Shown in pieces: positions 21,282 to 31,244 of a stretch of DNA of 64,000 nucleotides. Every line of letters starts with the position of its first letter. Positions within the stretch are counted from its first letter, which is position 1. Source of the DNA: Blastocatellia bacterium (lineage in GTDB: Bacteria > Acidobacteriota > Blastocatellia > DASRDY01); contig DASRDY010000285.1 in the NCBI GenBank assembly GCA_035652355.1, forward strand, positions 24,300-88,299, written 5' to 3'. The notes under the pieces were generated by a model that saw nothing but the letters and a program-made list of their open reading frames with translations, ran no database searches and was not told the DNA's origin. The position numbers and the translations under genes were made by a program.

Positions 21282-21980
21282 ATGGAAAACACAAGTAGAT
21301 CGACAAACATCGGAAGGTTAATCATCGCACCATTTTTCGTCAGCCTTTTGATGACCATACTTCGGTTGAGCGGCGAACTTCATAATTGGTCAGACACGTG
21401 GTTCAGCCGAGAAACGGGAGGCCTGGTTCCGACATACACAAACTGGGTCGTCGGAATTACATGGCTGGCAATTCCCATCGGCGTGTATATGGCGTATGAA
21501 CTTGCCAAATCAGAATCGGTTGTTCCTAACCCGACCAAAATTATTATCCTCTCGATTACCGGTTTGGTGGTGCTTTACGGTTCACTTGGAATCTTGCCTT
21601 GGCTTAGAGAAAAGTTTTCCCTGGAATTTCACACTAGATTGCTCATAGTTTGGTCGGTAGCTGCTGCCTGTGGAGCAATCCAAGCATTCGGCTGGAAACG
21701 CCTCTTCAAAGCGTTACTTATGTACGGTTTTGCATCTCGCGCTATTATCGCCATCGTGATGTTTCTGGCGATGCGAGGGAACTGGGGCACGCATTATGAC
21801 TACTTCGATTTTCCTCCCGAATTGAAAACAGATTTTTGGTCAGAATATTTCTGGCTCGCCTTCTTTCCTCAGTTGATATTCTGGGTATTATTCACCGTTA
21901 TGGCTGGATCGCTTTCGGGTGGTATTACTCTGGCGATTATTTCTGCAAAAAGGAGAGAGGCGATTAGGGCCCACGCGTGA
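21282..21980 (+). CDS. Integral membrane protein of unknown function (about 6 TM)
   Basis: Hydrophobic segments throughout. No motif I recognise. Confidence 0.5.
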   Translation: MENTSRSTNIGRLIIAPFFVSLLMTILRLSGELHNWSDTWFSRETGGLVPTYTNWVVGITWLAIPIGVYMAYELAKSESVVPNPTKIIILSITGLVVLYGSLGILPWLREKFSLEFHTRLLIVWSVAAACGAIQAFGWKRLFKALLMYGFASRAIIAIVMFLAMRGNWGTHYDYFDFPPELKTDFWSEYFWLAFFPQLIFWVLFTVMAGSLSGGITLAIISAKRREAIRAHA

Positions 21981-21984
21981 ATAG

Positions 21985-22458
21985 ATGAAAGAAACAATTC
22001 AAGATTTTTGCGAGACGGTCGAAACCGCGTCAGAGCGTTTATTGATGATGACAGATGAACAGAGCATGATTCACCCTGCTCCGGGAAAATGGTCACCAAA
22101 GCAGATTATCGGTCATTTGATAGATTCTGCTGCTAATAACCATCAACGGTTTATCCGCGCGCAGTTTAAAGACGACCTTGTTTTCCCAGGCTATGAACAA
22201 GAATATTGGGTCAGCGTCCAAAATTATCAGCAGGAGTCCTGGAACGGACTTGTCCAACTATGGAAGCTTTACAATCTTCATATTGCGCATGTGATCGAAT
22301 TCATTTCGGAAGAGAGACTCAAACGCCCATGTCGTAAACACAATCTAAACCAGATCGCCTGGAAGGTGATCAGCGAAGATGAACCAGCTACCCTGGAATA
22401 TATGATTGTCGATTACATCGGTCATATGAAAAACCATCTGAATCAGATTTTTCCGTAA
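21985..22458 (+). CDS. DinB/YfiT-like metal-dependent hydrolase family protein
   Basis: The PGKWSPKQIIGHLIDSAANNHQRFIRAQ region fits the DinB_2 four-helix-bundle family. The gene starts 5 bp after the upstream membrane-protein gene. Confidence 0.65.
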   Translation: MKETIQDFCETVETASERLLMMTDEQSMIHPAPGKWSPKQIIGHLIDSAANNHQRFIRAQFKDDLVFPGYEQEYWVSVQNYQQESWNGLVQLWKLYNLHIAHVIEFISEERLKRPCRKHNLNQIAWKVISEDEPATLEYMIVDYIGHMKNHLNQIFP

Positions 22459-22500
22459 CGAACCTCTTTCTGACGTTCACGGAAGCTCTGTTGTTGTTCT

Positions 22501-23190
22501 TCAGAATTCAGAGCTCAGGACATTCTCTTTTTGATCTTTAGGAAGGTATTGCGAGTCGAGCGAGCTGGCGATTACGGCTCTGATTCTTTTCGACAGCTCG
22601 TGCGCGGCGGCGCGAACTTCAGTAGGCTGTGCTTTACTCATATCCGGAACTTCAATTGGCGGATGATAAGTTACAGTTACTTTTCCCGCACGCGGGAAAA
22701 TGTTACGCGACGGCCAAGCAGAGTAACCGCCATTTATTGTAACGGGGACGATCTGCGTGCCCACCGTCAGTGCTAATCGGGAAGCTCCGGGTTTGAATGG
22801 TTGAAGATATCCGTCAACTGTTCGTCCTCCTTCGGGAAAGATCATCAGTGCCTCGCCTGACCCCAGAACGTCGCTGGCGTCATGCAGCGCGCTTCGATCA
22901 AAGCGATCGATCTTTACGGGAAATGCGCCCAGGAAACGCATTATCCAGCCGACGATTGGCAGCCTGAATATCTGATCCCACGCCATATAATGCACACGAC
23001 GCTGCAGCGGAATCGTTACCCAGAAAGGATCGGCGTAAGAGACGTGATTCGGAGCCAGAATAATCGATCCGGTCATCGGAACGTTTTCGATGCCGAAGAA
23101 CCGGATGCGAAACAGCAGTTTACATATCAGCAGGCAGAGCGGCCTCAAAAAATAATCTATGACTAAGGTCTGCATAACGGTTCCGAACAA
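22501..23190 (-). CDS. plsC: 1-acyl-sn-glycerol-3-phosphate acyltransferase
   Basis: HX4D motif (PNHVSYADPF) and the FPEGGRT motif. Confidence 0.8.
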   Translation of the reverse strand: MFGTVMQTLVIDYFLRPLCLLICKLLFRIRFFGIENVPMTGSIILAPNHVSYADPFWVTIPLQRRVHYMAWDQIFRLPIVGWIMRFLGAFPVKIDRFDRSALHDASDVLGSGEALMIFPEGGRTVDGYLQPFKPGASRLALTVGTQIVPVTINGGYSAWPSRNIFPRAGKVTVTYHPPIEVPDMSKAQPTEVRAAAHELSKRIRAVIASSLDSQYLPKDQKENVLSSEF

Positions 23191-23400
23191 GAGGCCGCGT
23201 CGCCGATCAGCGACAATAATCTCTATTATGTTCTGTAATCAAAACGGTTTACAAAACTAAACACTTATTGTGCATTGCAAAAAGGCAAGTTTCAAGGTTA
23301 GAGTTTAGCCTTTCGACGGCCTGCTTTACGTCGATCAGGTAAGCTCAGTGACATGGCTCGCGCCTGTGTCGTACTGATCGCTATTGATCGAGGAGTGCGT

Positions 23401-24000
23401 ATGTCTAACGCCGTGCCTATCGAACTGTCAGATGACAGCCGGATATTTGTTCTCTCCCGGGCAGAGTTCGTTCAAAAGTTTGAGAAAGATACTGGAGAAG
23501 ACGACCTGTCTCTAATTCGTCGAGCCTATATTATTGGCGAGGCCCTGCATCGAGGCCAAACAAGAGACGAAGGCACGCCGTACTTCAATCACCCTATCCG
23601 AGTCGCTATGGTTTTGTCGGACGAGCTTAACCGTCGCGAAGCGACAATTCTATGCGGCGCATTACTGCACGATGTAGTTGAAGATAGTGATATAACCGTT
23701 GAAGACTTGCGGGCAATGTTCAATCCGGAGATTGCCGACGCCGTCAGGTTGCTTACCAAAAACGGCGGAGTGGAAACTGTAGATTATTTGAGGGCAATCG
23801 AAGAGGAAAGTCCCGGAGTGGCACTTCCAATAAAGCTGGGCGACCGACTTGATAATCTGCGTGGACTGCATCTCTCCAGGAAACCAAACAAACGAGCAAA
23901 ATACCTGGGCGAAACGATGAAATACTTTGTGCCATTGGCGGAACGACACAATATGTATGTTCACGATCAGTTTCGAAAACTGATCAATCTGCTATCGTAA
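23401..24000 (+). CDS. HD-domain phosphohydrolase (RelA/SpoT-type ppGpp-hydrolase-like, small alarmone hydrolase-like)
   Basis: HD motif in HPIRVAMVLSDELN…ILCGALLHDVVEDS. GAGGAG Shine-Dalgarno site ahead of the ATG at 23401; the track ORF opens earlier at 23353. Confidence 0.7.
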   Translation: MSNAVPIELSDDSRIFVLSRAEFVQKFEKDTGEDDLSLIRRAYIIGEALHRGQTRDEGTPYFNHPIRVAMVLSDELNRREATILCGALLHDVVEDSDITVEDLRAMFNPEIADAVRLLTKNGGVETVDYLRAIEEESPGVALPIKLGDRLDNLRGLHLSRKPNKRAKYLGETMKYFVPLAERHNMYVHDQFRKLINLLS

Positions 24001-24069
24001 TGCTGCACCCAGGTTGTCTCGTCTGGCTTTTCAATCAAATCCAGCCAATGTATTATGTCTGCCACTAAT

Positions 24070-24585
24070 ATGAGATTAATTTGTGAAGAGAACCGAATTA
24101 AGTTAACCGCGTTTTGTCTTATTGCTCTTTCGCTTGCGGCCTGTGCTTCGTGTACCGGAAAGCCATCGGCCGCTCCGAACAACAGCCAGCCTGTTGTTAC
24201 GGTTCAAAAGCAAGGGGACAAAATTATTACAACGACGAAATATCCAAATGGAACTGTTTCGGTCATCATTGCGCAGCCAAATCCGCCTGATAACCTTCCA
24301 AAGGATATTCCGAACGTTGCCGAAACAACAGATTCAACCTACACCTTCGATCCCGATGCAAAGCACGTAACGCTCGGCAGCTACTCACCCAAGGCTCAAA
24401 AAGAAGTCGCCGATTATTACGAGCATGAGTTGAGCTCCGCCGGATGGTCCGCCAGCATGTCGACTAATCCGAACAAGGTAATCTCCATCAAGGCCGATAA
24501 GAACGGACGCCAACTGGAAATAGATGTTCTGCCTTACAACAACACCGGCAGCCACATAATGCTGAAGTACAACGCATCGACGTAA
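24070..24585 (+). CDS. Putative lipoprotein
   Basis: Signal peptide with lipobox (…LIALSLAACASC). No recognisable domain. Confidence 0.5.
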   Translation: MRLICEENRIKLTAFCLIALSLAACASCTGKPSAAPNNSQPVVTVQKQGDKIITTTKYPNGTVSVIIAQPNPPDNLPKDIPNVAETTDSTYTFDPDAKHVTLGSYSPKAQKEVADYYEHELSSAGWSASMSTNPNKVISIKADKNGRQLEIDVLPYNNTGSHIMLKYNAST

Positions 24586-24598
24586 CATCGACGTAACA

Positions 24599-26083
24599 AT
24601 GATTGAGATCAACGGAAACACTCTCACCCTGGAGCAATTGTCTGCCGTCAGCCGCCAGAGCGAACAAGTCAGCATTGCTCCTGAAGCAATAGAACGCATT
24701 AAAAGATCGCGCCGGACTGTCGACGAAATCCTCGAGAGCGGTCGCGCCGTTTACGGGATAAATACCGGTTTCGGAAAACTGGTCGACGTTCACATTCCGC
24801 CTGAGGAATTGCGCCAGTTACAGGTGAATCTGGTTCGGTCGCATTGCTGCGGCGTTGGCGAGCCGCTGGATGAACCAACGACTCGCGGGATGATGCTTTT
24901 GCGCGCGAATGTGCTGGCAAAAGGATTCTCCGGCGTCCGTCCTGTGGTTGCAGAACGACTGGTCCAGATGTTGAACGCCGGAATTCATCCTGTGATTCCG
25001 TCAAAGGGATCTGTTGGAGCGAGCGGCGATCTGGCCCCGCTTGCACATTTGGCGTTGGGTCTGATTGGCGAAGGCGAAGTCCTCTATAAAGGACACCGCT
25101 TGTCGGCGGCAGAGGCGATGAAGTCCGCCGGAGTGATCCCAGTTGAATTGGAAGCAAAAGAAGGGTTGGCGCTGATCAATGGTACACAGGCAATGGCCTC
25201 GATTGGCTCGCTAGCTGTACTTGATGCAGCGTCGCTGGTGAAAGCGGCCAACACAATCGCGGCAATGACCCTTGAGGCCTTGCGCGGAAGTCACCGGGCG
25301 TTCGACGAACGAATCCATTCCGCTCGCCCGCAGCCAGGGCAAAGTCGGGTTGCCAGGGCGATGCTTGAACTGCTGTCTGACAGCGAAATTGTTCACTCCC
25401 ACGAAAACTGCGGACGTGTGCAGGATGCATATTCGCTTCGATGTATTCCACAGGTGCACGGGGCGGTGCTGGACGTGGTTGATCACGTCCGCAAAGTTCT
25501 GGAAATCGAGATCAACAGCGCGACAGATAACCCGTTGGTTTTTCCTGAATCGGGCGAAGTTATATCCGGCGGTAATTTCCACGGAGAGCCGATCGCGCTT
25601 GCCCTGGATTATCTGGGATTCGCGGTTTCAGAACTTGCCAGCATTTCGGAGCGCAGAATCGAGCGACTTGTGAACGCCGATCTCAGCGACGGTCTTCCTC
25701 CTTTTTTGATTAAACACCCTGGAACAAATTCTGGATTTATGATCGCGCAGGTGACGGCTGTCGCTTTGCTGGCGGAGAACAAAGTTCTTGCTCATCCCGC
25801 ATCGGTTGACAATCTGCCGACGTCAGGCAATCGCGAAGATCATGTAAGTATGGGGATGACTTCTGCGAACAAGCTTCGCCAGATTATCGACAATGTAAAT
25901 AAAGTTTTAGCTATCGAAGCGATATGTGCCGCGCAGGGACTCGATTTCATTGCACCGCTTAAACCTGGAAAAGGAGCGCTTGCGGCTTATCAAAAAATTC
26001 GAGCATCGATTCCGTTTATAGAACAAGACACTGTACTGGCAGGTCACATCGAAACCGCGGCCAAGTTGATAAGACAATTTTGA
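24599..26083 (+). CDS. hutH: Histidine ammonia-lyase (MIO-dependent aromatic amino acid ammonia-lyase family)
   Basis: MIO-forming Ala-Ser-Gly triad inside SVGASGDLAPLAHL. Full-length collinearity with HAL. Confidence 0.85.
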   Translation: MIEINGNTLTLEQLSAVSRQSEQVSIAPEAIERIKRSRRTVDEILESGRAVYGINTGFGKLVDVHIPPEELRQLQVNLVRSHCCGVGEPLDEPTTRGMMLLRANVLAKGFSGVRPVVAERLVQMLNAGIHPVIPSKGSVGASGDLAPLAHLALGLIGEGEVLYKGHRLSAAEAMKSAGVIPVELEAKEGLALINGTQAMASIGSLAVLDAASLVKAANTIAAMTLEALRGSHRAFDERIHSARPQPGQSRVARAMLELLSDSEIVHSHENCGRVQDAYSLRCIPQVHGAVLDVVDHVRKVLEIEINSATDNPLVFPESGEVISGGNFHGEPIALALDYLGFAVSELASISERRIERLVNADLSDGLPPFLIKHPGTNSGFMIAQVTAVALLAENKVLAHPASVDNLPTSGNREDHVSMGMTSANKLRQIIDNVNKVLAIEAICAAQGLDFIAPLKPGKGALAAYQKIRASIPFIEQDTVLAGHIETAAKLIRQF

Positions 26084-26152
26084 CCCGGTGTTCAGAGTAC
26101 AAGCTTTAGCTTGCCTGTTTCCGAATCAGCAGCCTAAAGGCTGGACTCTGAA

Positions 26153-26506
26153 CTAGTGCGGATACTCTGTCATAAAGATGTAGATGTGATAAAAGGCGAT
26201 TAGCTGATAAATGATCGCCGTGAACCAGATCCCAATTCGACCCAGCGGTCGATCCCGAGTCACGTAACATATCCAGAGACCAACCGTTGTTAACAAAACC
26301 TTGACCCAGAAGAACGTTACCCAGCCAATACTGATAAAGTAGCGCATCACGGGGTTGAGCTCGACCGCTATGCCCGATGCGATATGATGAACAGTTGCCG
26401 TGGCGTCGAAACCCGCCAGGCAAAGAGAGAACAACAGCAGCGTGAATAAACGCCGGTCCCCAATTCCGGATTTGATGCCAGTTCTATAAAGGGAGGCTGC
26501 CAGCAT
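26153..26506 (-). CDS. Small integral membrane protein (3-4 TM)
   Basis: Hydrophobic 117-aa ORF convergent with hutH. Confidence 0.4.
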   Translation of the reverse strand: MLAASLYRTGIKSGIGDRRLFTLLLFSLCLAGFDATATVHHIASGIAVELNPVMRYFISIGWVTFFWVKVLLTTVGLWICYVTRDRPLGRIGIWFTAIIYQLIAFYHIYIFMTEYPH

Positions 26507-26792
26507 CTATTAATTCCTATCGAACAGTTTAAGCTATCCGCGCCACTCTCTTAAACGCGAACGTCAGCTAAACGGATTCAAAACCTTTCTGAAGTTTATC
26601 ATTCGCACACTGAACAGAGAATAACAATTTATTTTTACTGACGTTTCTCAAAACTGCACATCGGCTTAATGCAGCTTGATGACCGTATCGCTGGCTGTTA
26701 GACTCAATGTTTAATGGATCTTTTGCCTGAGTCCTCGATTCTCCGCGTGGCAGTGAGTCAGTTCAGGTGATTACTACAAACCAGGAGCAGCA

Positions 26793-28202
26793 ATGAGCGA
26801 TTCATCGTCACCCCGCTGGGTTGTGCCGGGGTATTTGACCGAAGTTAACGGACACCTGAACATCAATGGCGCCGATGCGGTTGAGCTTGCGCGGCAATAC
26901 GGCACGCCGCTCTACGTTTTTTCAGAAGCAAGAATTACGGACAACATCAACCGGTTGAAATCCGCGGCAACGTCGGTTTGGCCGCGGGTAAAGCTCTGCT
27001 ATGCGTCAAAGGCCAATTCGACGATGGCGGTCCTGAATGTCGTCAAAGGCTCCGGCATCGATCTTGAGGTAAACAGCGGTGGCGAACTGTTCCAGGCGCT
27101 GAAAGTCGGTTTCACTGGTGATCAGATAATCTTTAACGGTGTCGCAAAGACCGAGAGAGAAATTGAAGAAGCGATCAACGCCGACATTTTCGCGATAAAC
27201 GTCGATTCGCTTTACGAGTTGGATTTGATTGTCGGCGTCGCCGAAAGGTTGAAACGCACTGCAAATGTAACTCTACGGCTTGTGCCAGAGATAATAACGC
27301 GCTCGCATGTGGGACTTCAGACAGCGCTCTACAAATCAAAGTTCGGCCTGTCGCCGCAGGAAGTGCAAAAAGGTTTCGACCGCGCTCTGTCATCAAAGTA
27401 CGTGCGGCTTCGCGGCATTCATATACACGTGGGATCGCAAACGCCGGACGCAGACGCATACGCCCGAGCGTTCGAGTTAATGTGGCATCATATGGTCTTG
27501 CTGTACCAACGCACGGGGTACCAACTGGATCACGTCAACCTTGGCGGTGGCATTCCTGTGAATTACCTGCGCGACGACTCTGAGGTTGATCAGATCGGCG
27601 AACGCGAACGGGTGATGCTCGGCGCGACCCTTGATTTATCAGAGATTCTTCGCACGGCCCTTGATGCTATCGCAAGTCAATTAACAACCAGCGTCTCTAA
27701 TGCAGAAGAAATGCTCAACAAATTGACGCTCCTGTTCGAACCGGGTCGAAGCATCATCGGCGACACCGGAGTGATGTTGACCCGAATTCACAATACGAAG
27801 ACTCGTCCGGAGACCGGCGATTCCTGGCTGCTGGTCGATGCTGGCTATAACCAGTTGCTGCCGATGAACAATTACAAGTGGTATTACCACGCAGTAGCTG
27901 CTGAACGTGCGGCTGAACCTCACACGGAAAAATATAAGCTGGCCGGGCCACTGTGTGATGGCGGCGATGTCTTCTTCGATTTGGAAGGAAACAGATTACC
28001 GGATTATCGATTACTGCCCAATGACGTCAGATCCGGTGATCTGATTGCGCTGCTGAATGTCGGTGCGTATACGCTAGCGCAGTTGTCCCGCTACAACAGT
28101 CGGACCGCGCCAGCGGTTATTATGATTTCGCGCGAAGGAAAAGCCAAAGTCGCACGACGCGCGGAAAGCTATGAAGACCTGATTGCTCGCGATTCCTGGT
28201 AA
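26793..28202 (+). CDS. PLP-dependent decarboxylase of the Orn/DAP/Arg decarboxylase (alanine-racemase-fold) family, LysA-like
   Basis: PLP-lysine region LCYASKANSTMAVLN…GIDLEVNSGGEL. Downstream GGG and CDGGD-type motifs (…AGPLCDGGDVF). At 469 aa it is longer than typical LysA. Confidence 0.8.
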   Translation: MSDSSSPRWVVPGYLTEVNGHLNINGADAVELARQYGTPLYVFSEARITDNINRLKSAATSVWPRVKLCYASKANSTMAVLNVVKGSGIDLEVNSGGELFQALKVGFTGDQIIFNGVAKTEREIEEAINADIFAINVDSLYELDLIVGVAERLKRTANVTLRLVPEIITRSHVGLQTALYKSKFGLSPQEVQKGFDRALSSKYVRLRGIHIHVGSQTPDADAYARAFELMWHHMVLLYQRTGYQLDHVNLGGGIPVNYLRDDSEVDQIGERERVMLGATLDLSEILRTALDAIASQLTTSVSNAEEMLNKLTLLFEPGRSIIGDTGVMLTRIHNTKTRPETGDSWLLVDAGYNQLLPMNNYKWYYHAVAAERAAEPHTEKYKLAGPLCDGGDVFFDLEGNRLPDYRLLPNDVRSGDLIALLNVGAYTLAQLSRYNSRTAPAVIMISREGKAKVARRAESYEDLIARDSW

Positions 28203-28211
28203 GATTGACGG

Positions 28212-29435
28212 CTACTTACCCGTCACTTCACGGATGACTCGCATGAAGTTTCCGCCGAGGATCTTCTTAACATCTTCTTCGCTGTAGCCTTTTTTCAGCA
28301 AGGCTTCCGTGATGTGCGGGAGTTTTGACACGTCTTCCATGCCTTTAGGCAAACTCGGAACGCCATCGAAATCAGAGCCCAGACCCACGTGGTCTATCCC
28401 GGCGACCTTCACCGCGTGATCGATGTGTTCGATCAACATATCGAAAGTCGGAGGCACTGCGCCGCTCGGTGATCCGTAATCAAGTTTGTAATTCGCGGCG
28501 GCTTCGCCTTCAGGATTGTTCAGGTAATCTTCATGTTTGATGGCGGTTTTCGGATGTTGTTTGTCCCACTCGTCGCTGCGTCGATTGAAATCCTTTTCAA
28601 TGAATCCTGAGTTGAAGTTGATCCCGACGACTCCACCATTTTTGGCAAGCGCCCGCAGCATATCATCCGTCATGTTACGCGGAACGTCGCAAAGCGCTCG
28701 ACATGATGAATGTGATGCGATAACCGGTTTTGTCGTCACCGCCATCACATCATAGAACGTTTTGTCGGAAACATGAGAAATGTCGACGATCATTCCAATG
28801 CGGTTCATTTCGCGCACGACCTCTTTACCGAAATCGCTGAGCCCATCGGGAGCCTTAACATGATCGCGATTCTTGTTTCCCGACGAATCGGCCCAGTTGT
28901 TGGGATTCGACCAGGTCAGGGTCATGTAACTAACACCGAGTTGCCGATATAGCCTCAGAGTCGCCAGATCGTCATCAATCGCATGACCACCTTCAATTCC
29001 CATCAGCGCAGCGATCTTGCCCTCTTTGTTGGCGCGTTCAATGTCCGAAGCGTTTACGGCTAACTGCAAGTCCTTTGGATTTGCTGCAATCACTCTGTTC
29101 ATTGCGTCGATCAGATCGAGAGTACGTTTGACCGCCCACGGTCCTTCGAATACAGAGTCAATCCAGACCGAAAAGAACTCTGCCTTCATTCCACCTTCGC
29201 GCATTCGCGGAATATCGATGTGACCTCCGTCGGTGCGTTTACCGATATCGACATTGCCGATTAATACTCGCTGCAACGTATCAACATGGGTGTCGACGAC
29301 GGTGGCTTCGCTGTGAATCTTTTTAGCGCGTTCAGATACATCGGATTCAGTTGCGCCAGTCGTGCAGGCAACCAGGCAGATCGAAGCTACAAACAACAAA
29401 GTAAAAATGATGCTGAGAAGAGAAGGTCTGTTCAT
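28212..29435 (-). CDS. Membrane dipeptidase (peptidase family M19), secreted
   Basis: Signal peptide. HVDTLQRV, DISHVSDKTFYD and GLGSDFDG motifs are typical of renal-dipeptidase-family enzymes. Confidence 0.8.
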   Translation of the reverse strand: MNRPSLLSIIFTLLFVASICLVACTTGATESDVSERAKKIHSEATVVDTHVDTLQRVLIGNVDIGKRTDGGHIDIPRMREGGMKAEFFSVWIDSVFEGPWAVKRTLDLIDAMNRVIAANPKDLQLAVNASDIERANKEGKIAALMGIEGGHAIDDDLATLRLYRQLGVSYMTLTWSNPNNWADSSGNKNRDHVKAPDGLSDFGKEVVREMNRIGMIVDISHVSDKTFYDVMAVTTKPVIASHSSCRALCDVPRNMTDDMLRALAKNGGVVGINFNSGFIEKDFNRRSDEWDKQHPKTAIKHEDYLNNPEGEAAANYKLDYGSPSGAVPPTFDMLIEHIDHAVKVAGIDHVGLGSDFDGVPSLPKGMEDVSKLPHITEALLKKGYSEEDVKKILGGNFMRVIREVTGK

Positions 29436-29585
29436 GTCGGATTAACTCCATCGAAGAGGTCGATTTAGATAAGCGAAAGTTAACCGACACAACGGCTAAG
29501 AAGCAAGCCAGAAATGCTCGATGATTGAGATAGGCGCAGGGGAATTCCCACGAAGATCGAAAGCGGATTCGAGATTCGCGCCCGA

Positions 29586-29831
29586 TTACATCGCTTTCAA
29601 CTGGCCCTCTTCAGAGAGGCGTCGCAGAATCGGATAGAGCGCACGAACGGTGTTAGGGTCGCTTAATGAGACTTTATTCATCAATTCTCTCATGTGGGCA
29701 TCGATGGATTGTCTAACTTCCTGAGGCAATTCAGGCAGTGAAAGCAGGTCAGCAAATTTGTTCGCTAAAGAATCGTAATCACCCATAAGCGCTGCAAGTT
29801 GCATCGGATCAAGTCTTTGTGTTTCCTTCAT
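29586..29831 (-). CDS. Hypothetical small helical protein
   Basis: 81-aa ORF with no recognisable motif. Confidence 0.35.
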   Translation of the reverse strand: MKETQRLDPMQLAALMGDYDSLANKFADLLSLPELPQEVRQSIDAHMRELMNKVSLSDPNTVRALYPILRRLSEEGQLKAM

Positions 29832-30059
29832 TCGCTGGCCCCCTTCGTACTTCTATTTGATAAACCGCGGATTTTCTCCGAATCCGCAGTCTGACAAGCC
29901 CTATAATTATATATCTTTGAGGTTCTTTTGGCCTACATCATAATCGTAAAGAAAAAAGCGGCCCAGACATTCAGTCTGCGCTCTTCGATTAGCTGATTTT
30001 CCGTTCGAACCTGACAGCGCATTCACCCAAACAGCGGAGACCAAATGTCTGATGCGCCA

Positions 30060-31055
30060 CTATTTTTCCTGTTTAGCCTCGGTTACGAAGCGTTTGTAAT
30101 CACTGAATTCGACCGTTGAGTCCGCCGACACACGATCAAAAAGTGTCGGATAGTCAGCGGCATTCAGACGCATTATGTGCGGTAACCAAGTCCCGTCCGG
30201 CAACCTGATCATATCCACATAAATTGGTGGAGCGATCTTGTCCGACAATTTCGCGTTACCCATTGCATTACCCGAACTGGCCGGCCAGCCAACCAGCTTA
30301 CTGACGATTCGATCCTGTTTATCGATCCATATTTCGCCTTTTAATTGCGATATATACTTCATAGCTTCATCCAGCTTGGCGTCGGCTCGTGGAGCGAAGC
30401 TGAAAACCAGCGTTTCGCGACCTTCGACTTGCTCCTGGCGAATCAGTTTCAGATCGCAGGAGCTCAGGAATATCCCAATACCAAGTCTCGCGCTACCTCT
30501 GCTAAATCCAAATACGCTGCTGTTGGTACTAAAGCTTGAATACGATCCTATAGGATGCATTCCCTTTATATCAGTCGGTTTGTTGTTCGATGCCGGCACG
30601 GATTTATGCGCGATCTTCTCTTCTTCCTTCTCCAGTCGCTCTCCTGCCTGCCTTCGCTCCTTTTCCAGTTCTTTACTGTCAACCGGGACACCGTTGTGGC
30701 TAACTGCCAACAGAATTCCACTCGCACTGGTTCCGTTCTTAAGAGTCGGAAGGTAAACCTCGAATAAGGTCGACTCTTCCTTGGCTTCACCCTTTTTATT
30801 GCGTTCGCGTTTTGTGTTTTTAAGGTTGTAAGTGAATTCTGTCAGGGCATCGCCGGCGCCTTTGCATGCAGCCTCTTTTACCAGAGCAGGGATATCAATA
30901 TCGCCCTCGACAGAAGCCGGAACGACGCCTTCGCAGATTTTGGGTATCGGGCTCAAGGGTTTGCCGAGATTGACTTTGACCCCCTGACCATCGGTAACAA
31001 TCGCGAGTAAGAGGATTGCAGACAGCATCTTGCTGACGATAATGGAATAACGCAT
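30060..31055 (-). CDS. Hypothetical secreted protein
   Basis: N-terminal signal peptide (MLSAILLLAIV…). Charged KE-rich linker. No known domain recognised. Confidence 0.5.
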   Translation of the reverse strand: MRYSIIVSKMLSAILLLAIVTDGQGVKVNLGKPLSPIPKICEGVVPASVEGDIDIPALVKEAACKGAGDALTEFTYNLKNTKRERNKKGEAKEESTLFEVYLPTLKNGTSASGILLAVSHNGVPVDSKELEKERRQAGERLEKEEEKIAHKSVPASNNKPTDIKGMHPIGSYSSFSTNSSVFGFSRGSARLGIGIFLSSCDLKLIRQEQVEGRETLVFSFAPRADAKLDEAMKYISQLKGEIWIDKQDRIVSKLVGWPASSGNAMGNAKLSDKIAPPIYVDMIRLPDGTWLPHIMRLNAADYPTLFDRVSADSTVEFSDYKRFVTEAKQEK

Positions 31056-31244
31056 TTGGTTTCACCTGATTTTGTCGAACATTTTCGCGATATGAATCCG
31101 TACGTGTTGAGAAGCTGGGTAGTTGCAAAATATTGGGAGGTTCAGAGGCCTGTAACCCGAGCAACTTTTATATTGCACAAAAGAAAGAACGCCCGCAAAT
31201 CCTGACGGAATTTGCGGGCGCTGGTTGGTTCTCGCCTTGGAGAA

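Noticed and set aside
26089-26153. 9-bp inverted repeat GTTCAGAGT…ACTCTGAAC with an internal CAGCC-TAAA-GGCTG hairpin between hutH and the convergent membrane-protein gene
   Set aside because: Probably just a bidirectional terminator-like structure overlapping the minus-strand stop codon. No T-tract, so not annotated as a terminator.
26507-26792. Possible lysine (L-box) or other riboswitch in the 285-bp leader of the LysA-like decarboxylase gene
   Set aside because: Only a short hairpin (CTGCA…TGCAG) is visible. No conserved L-box core features were recognisable by eye. It needs an Infernal scan and is not claimable from the sequence alone.
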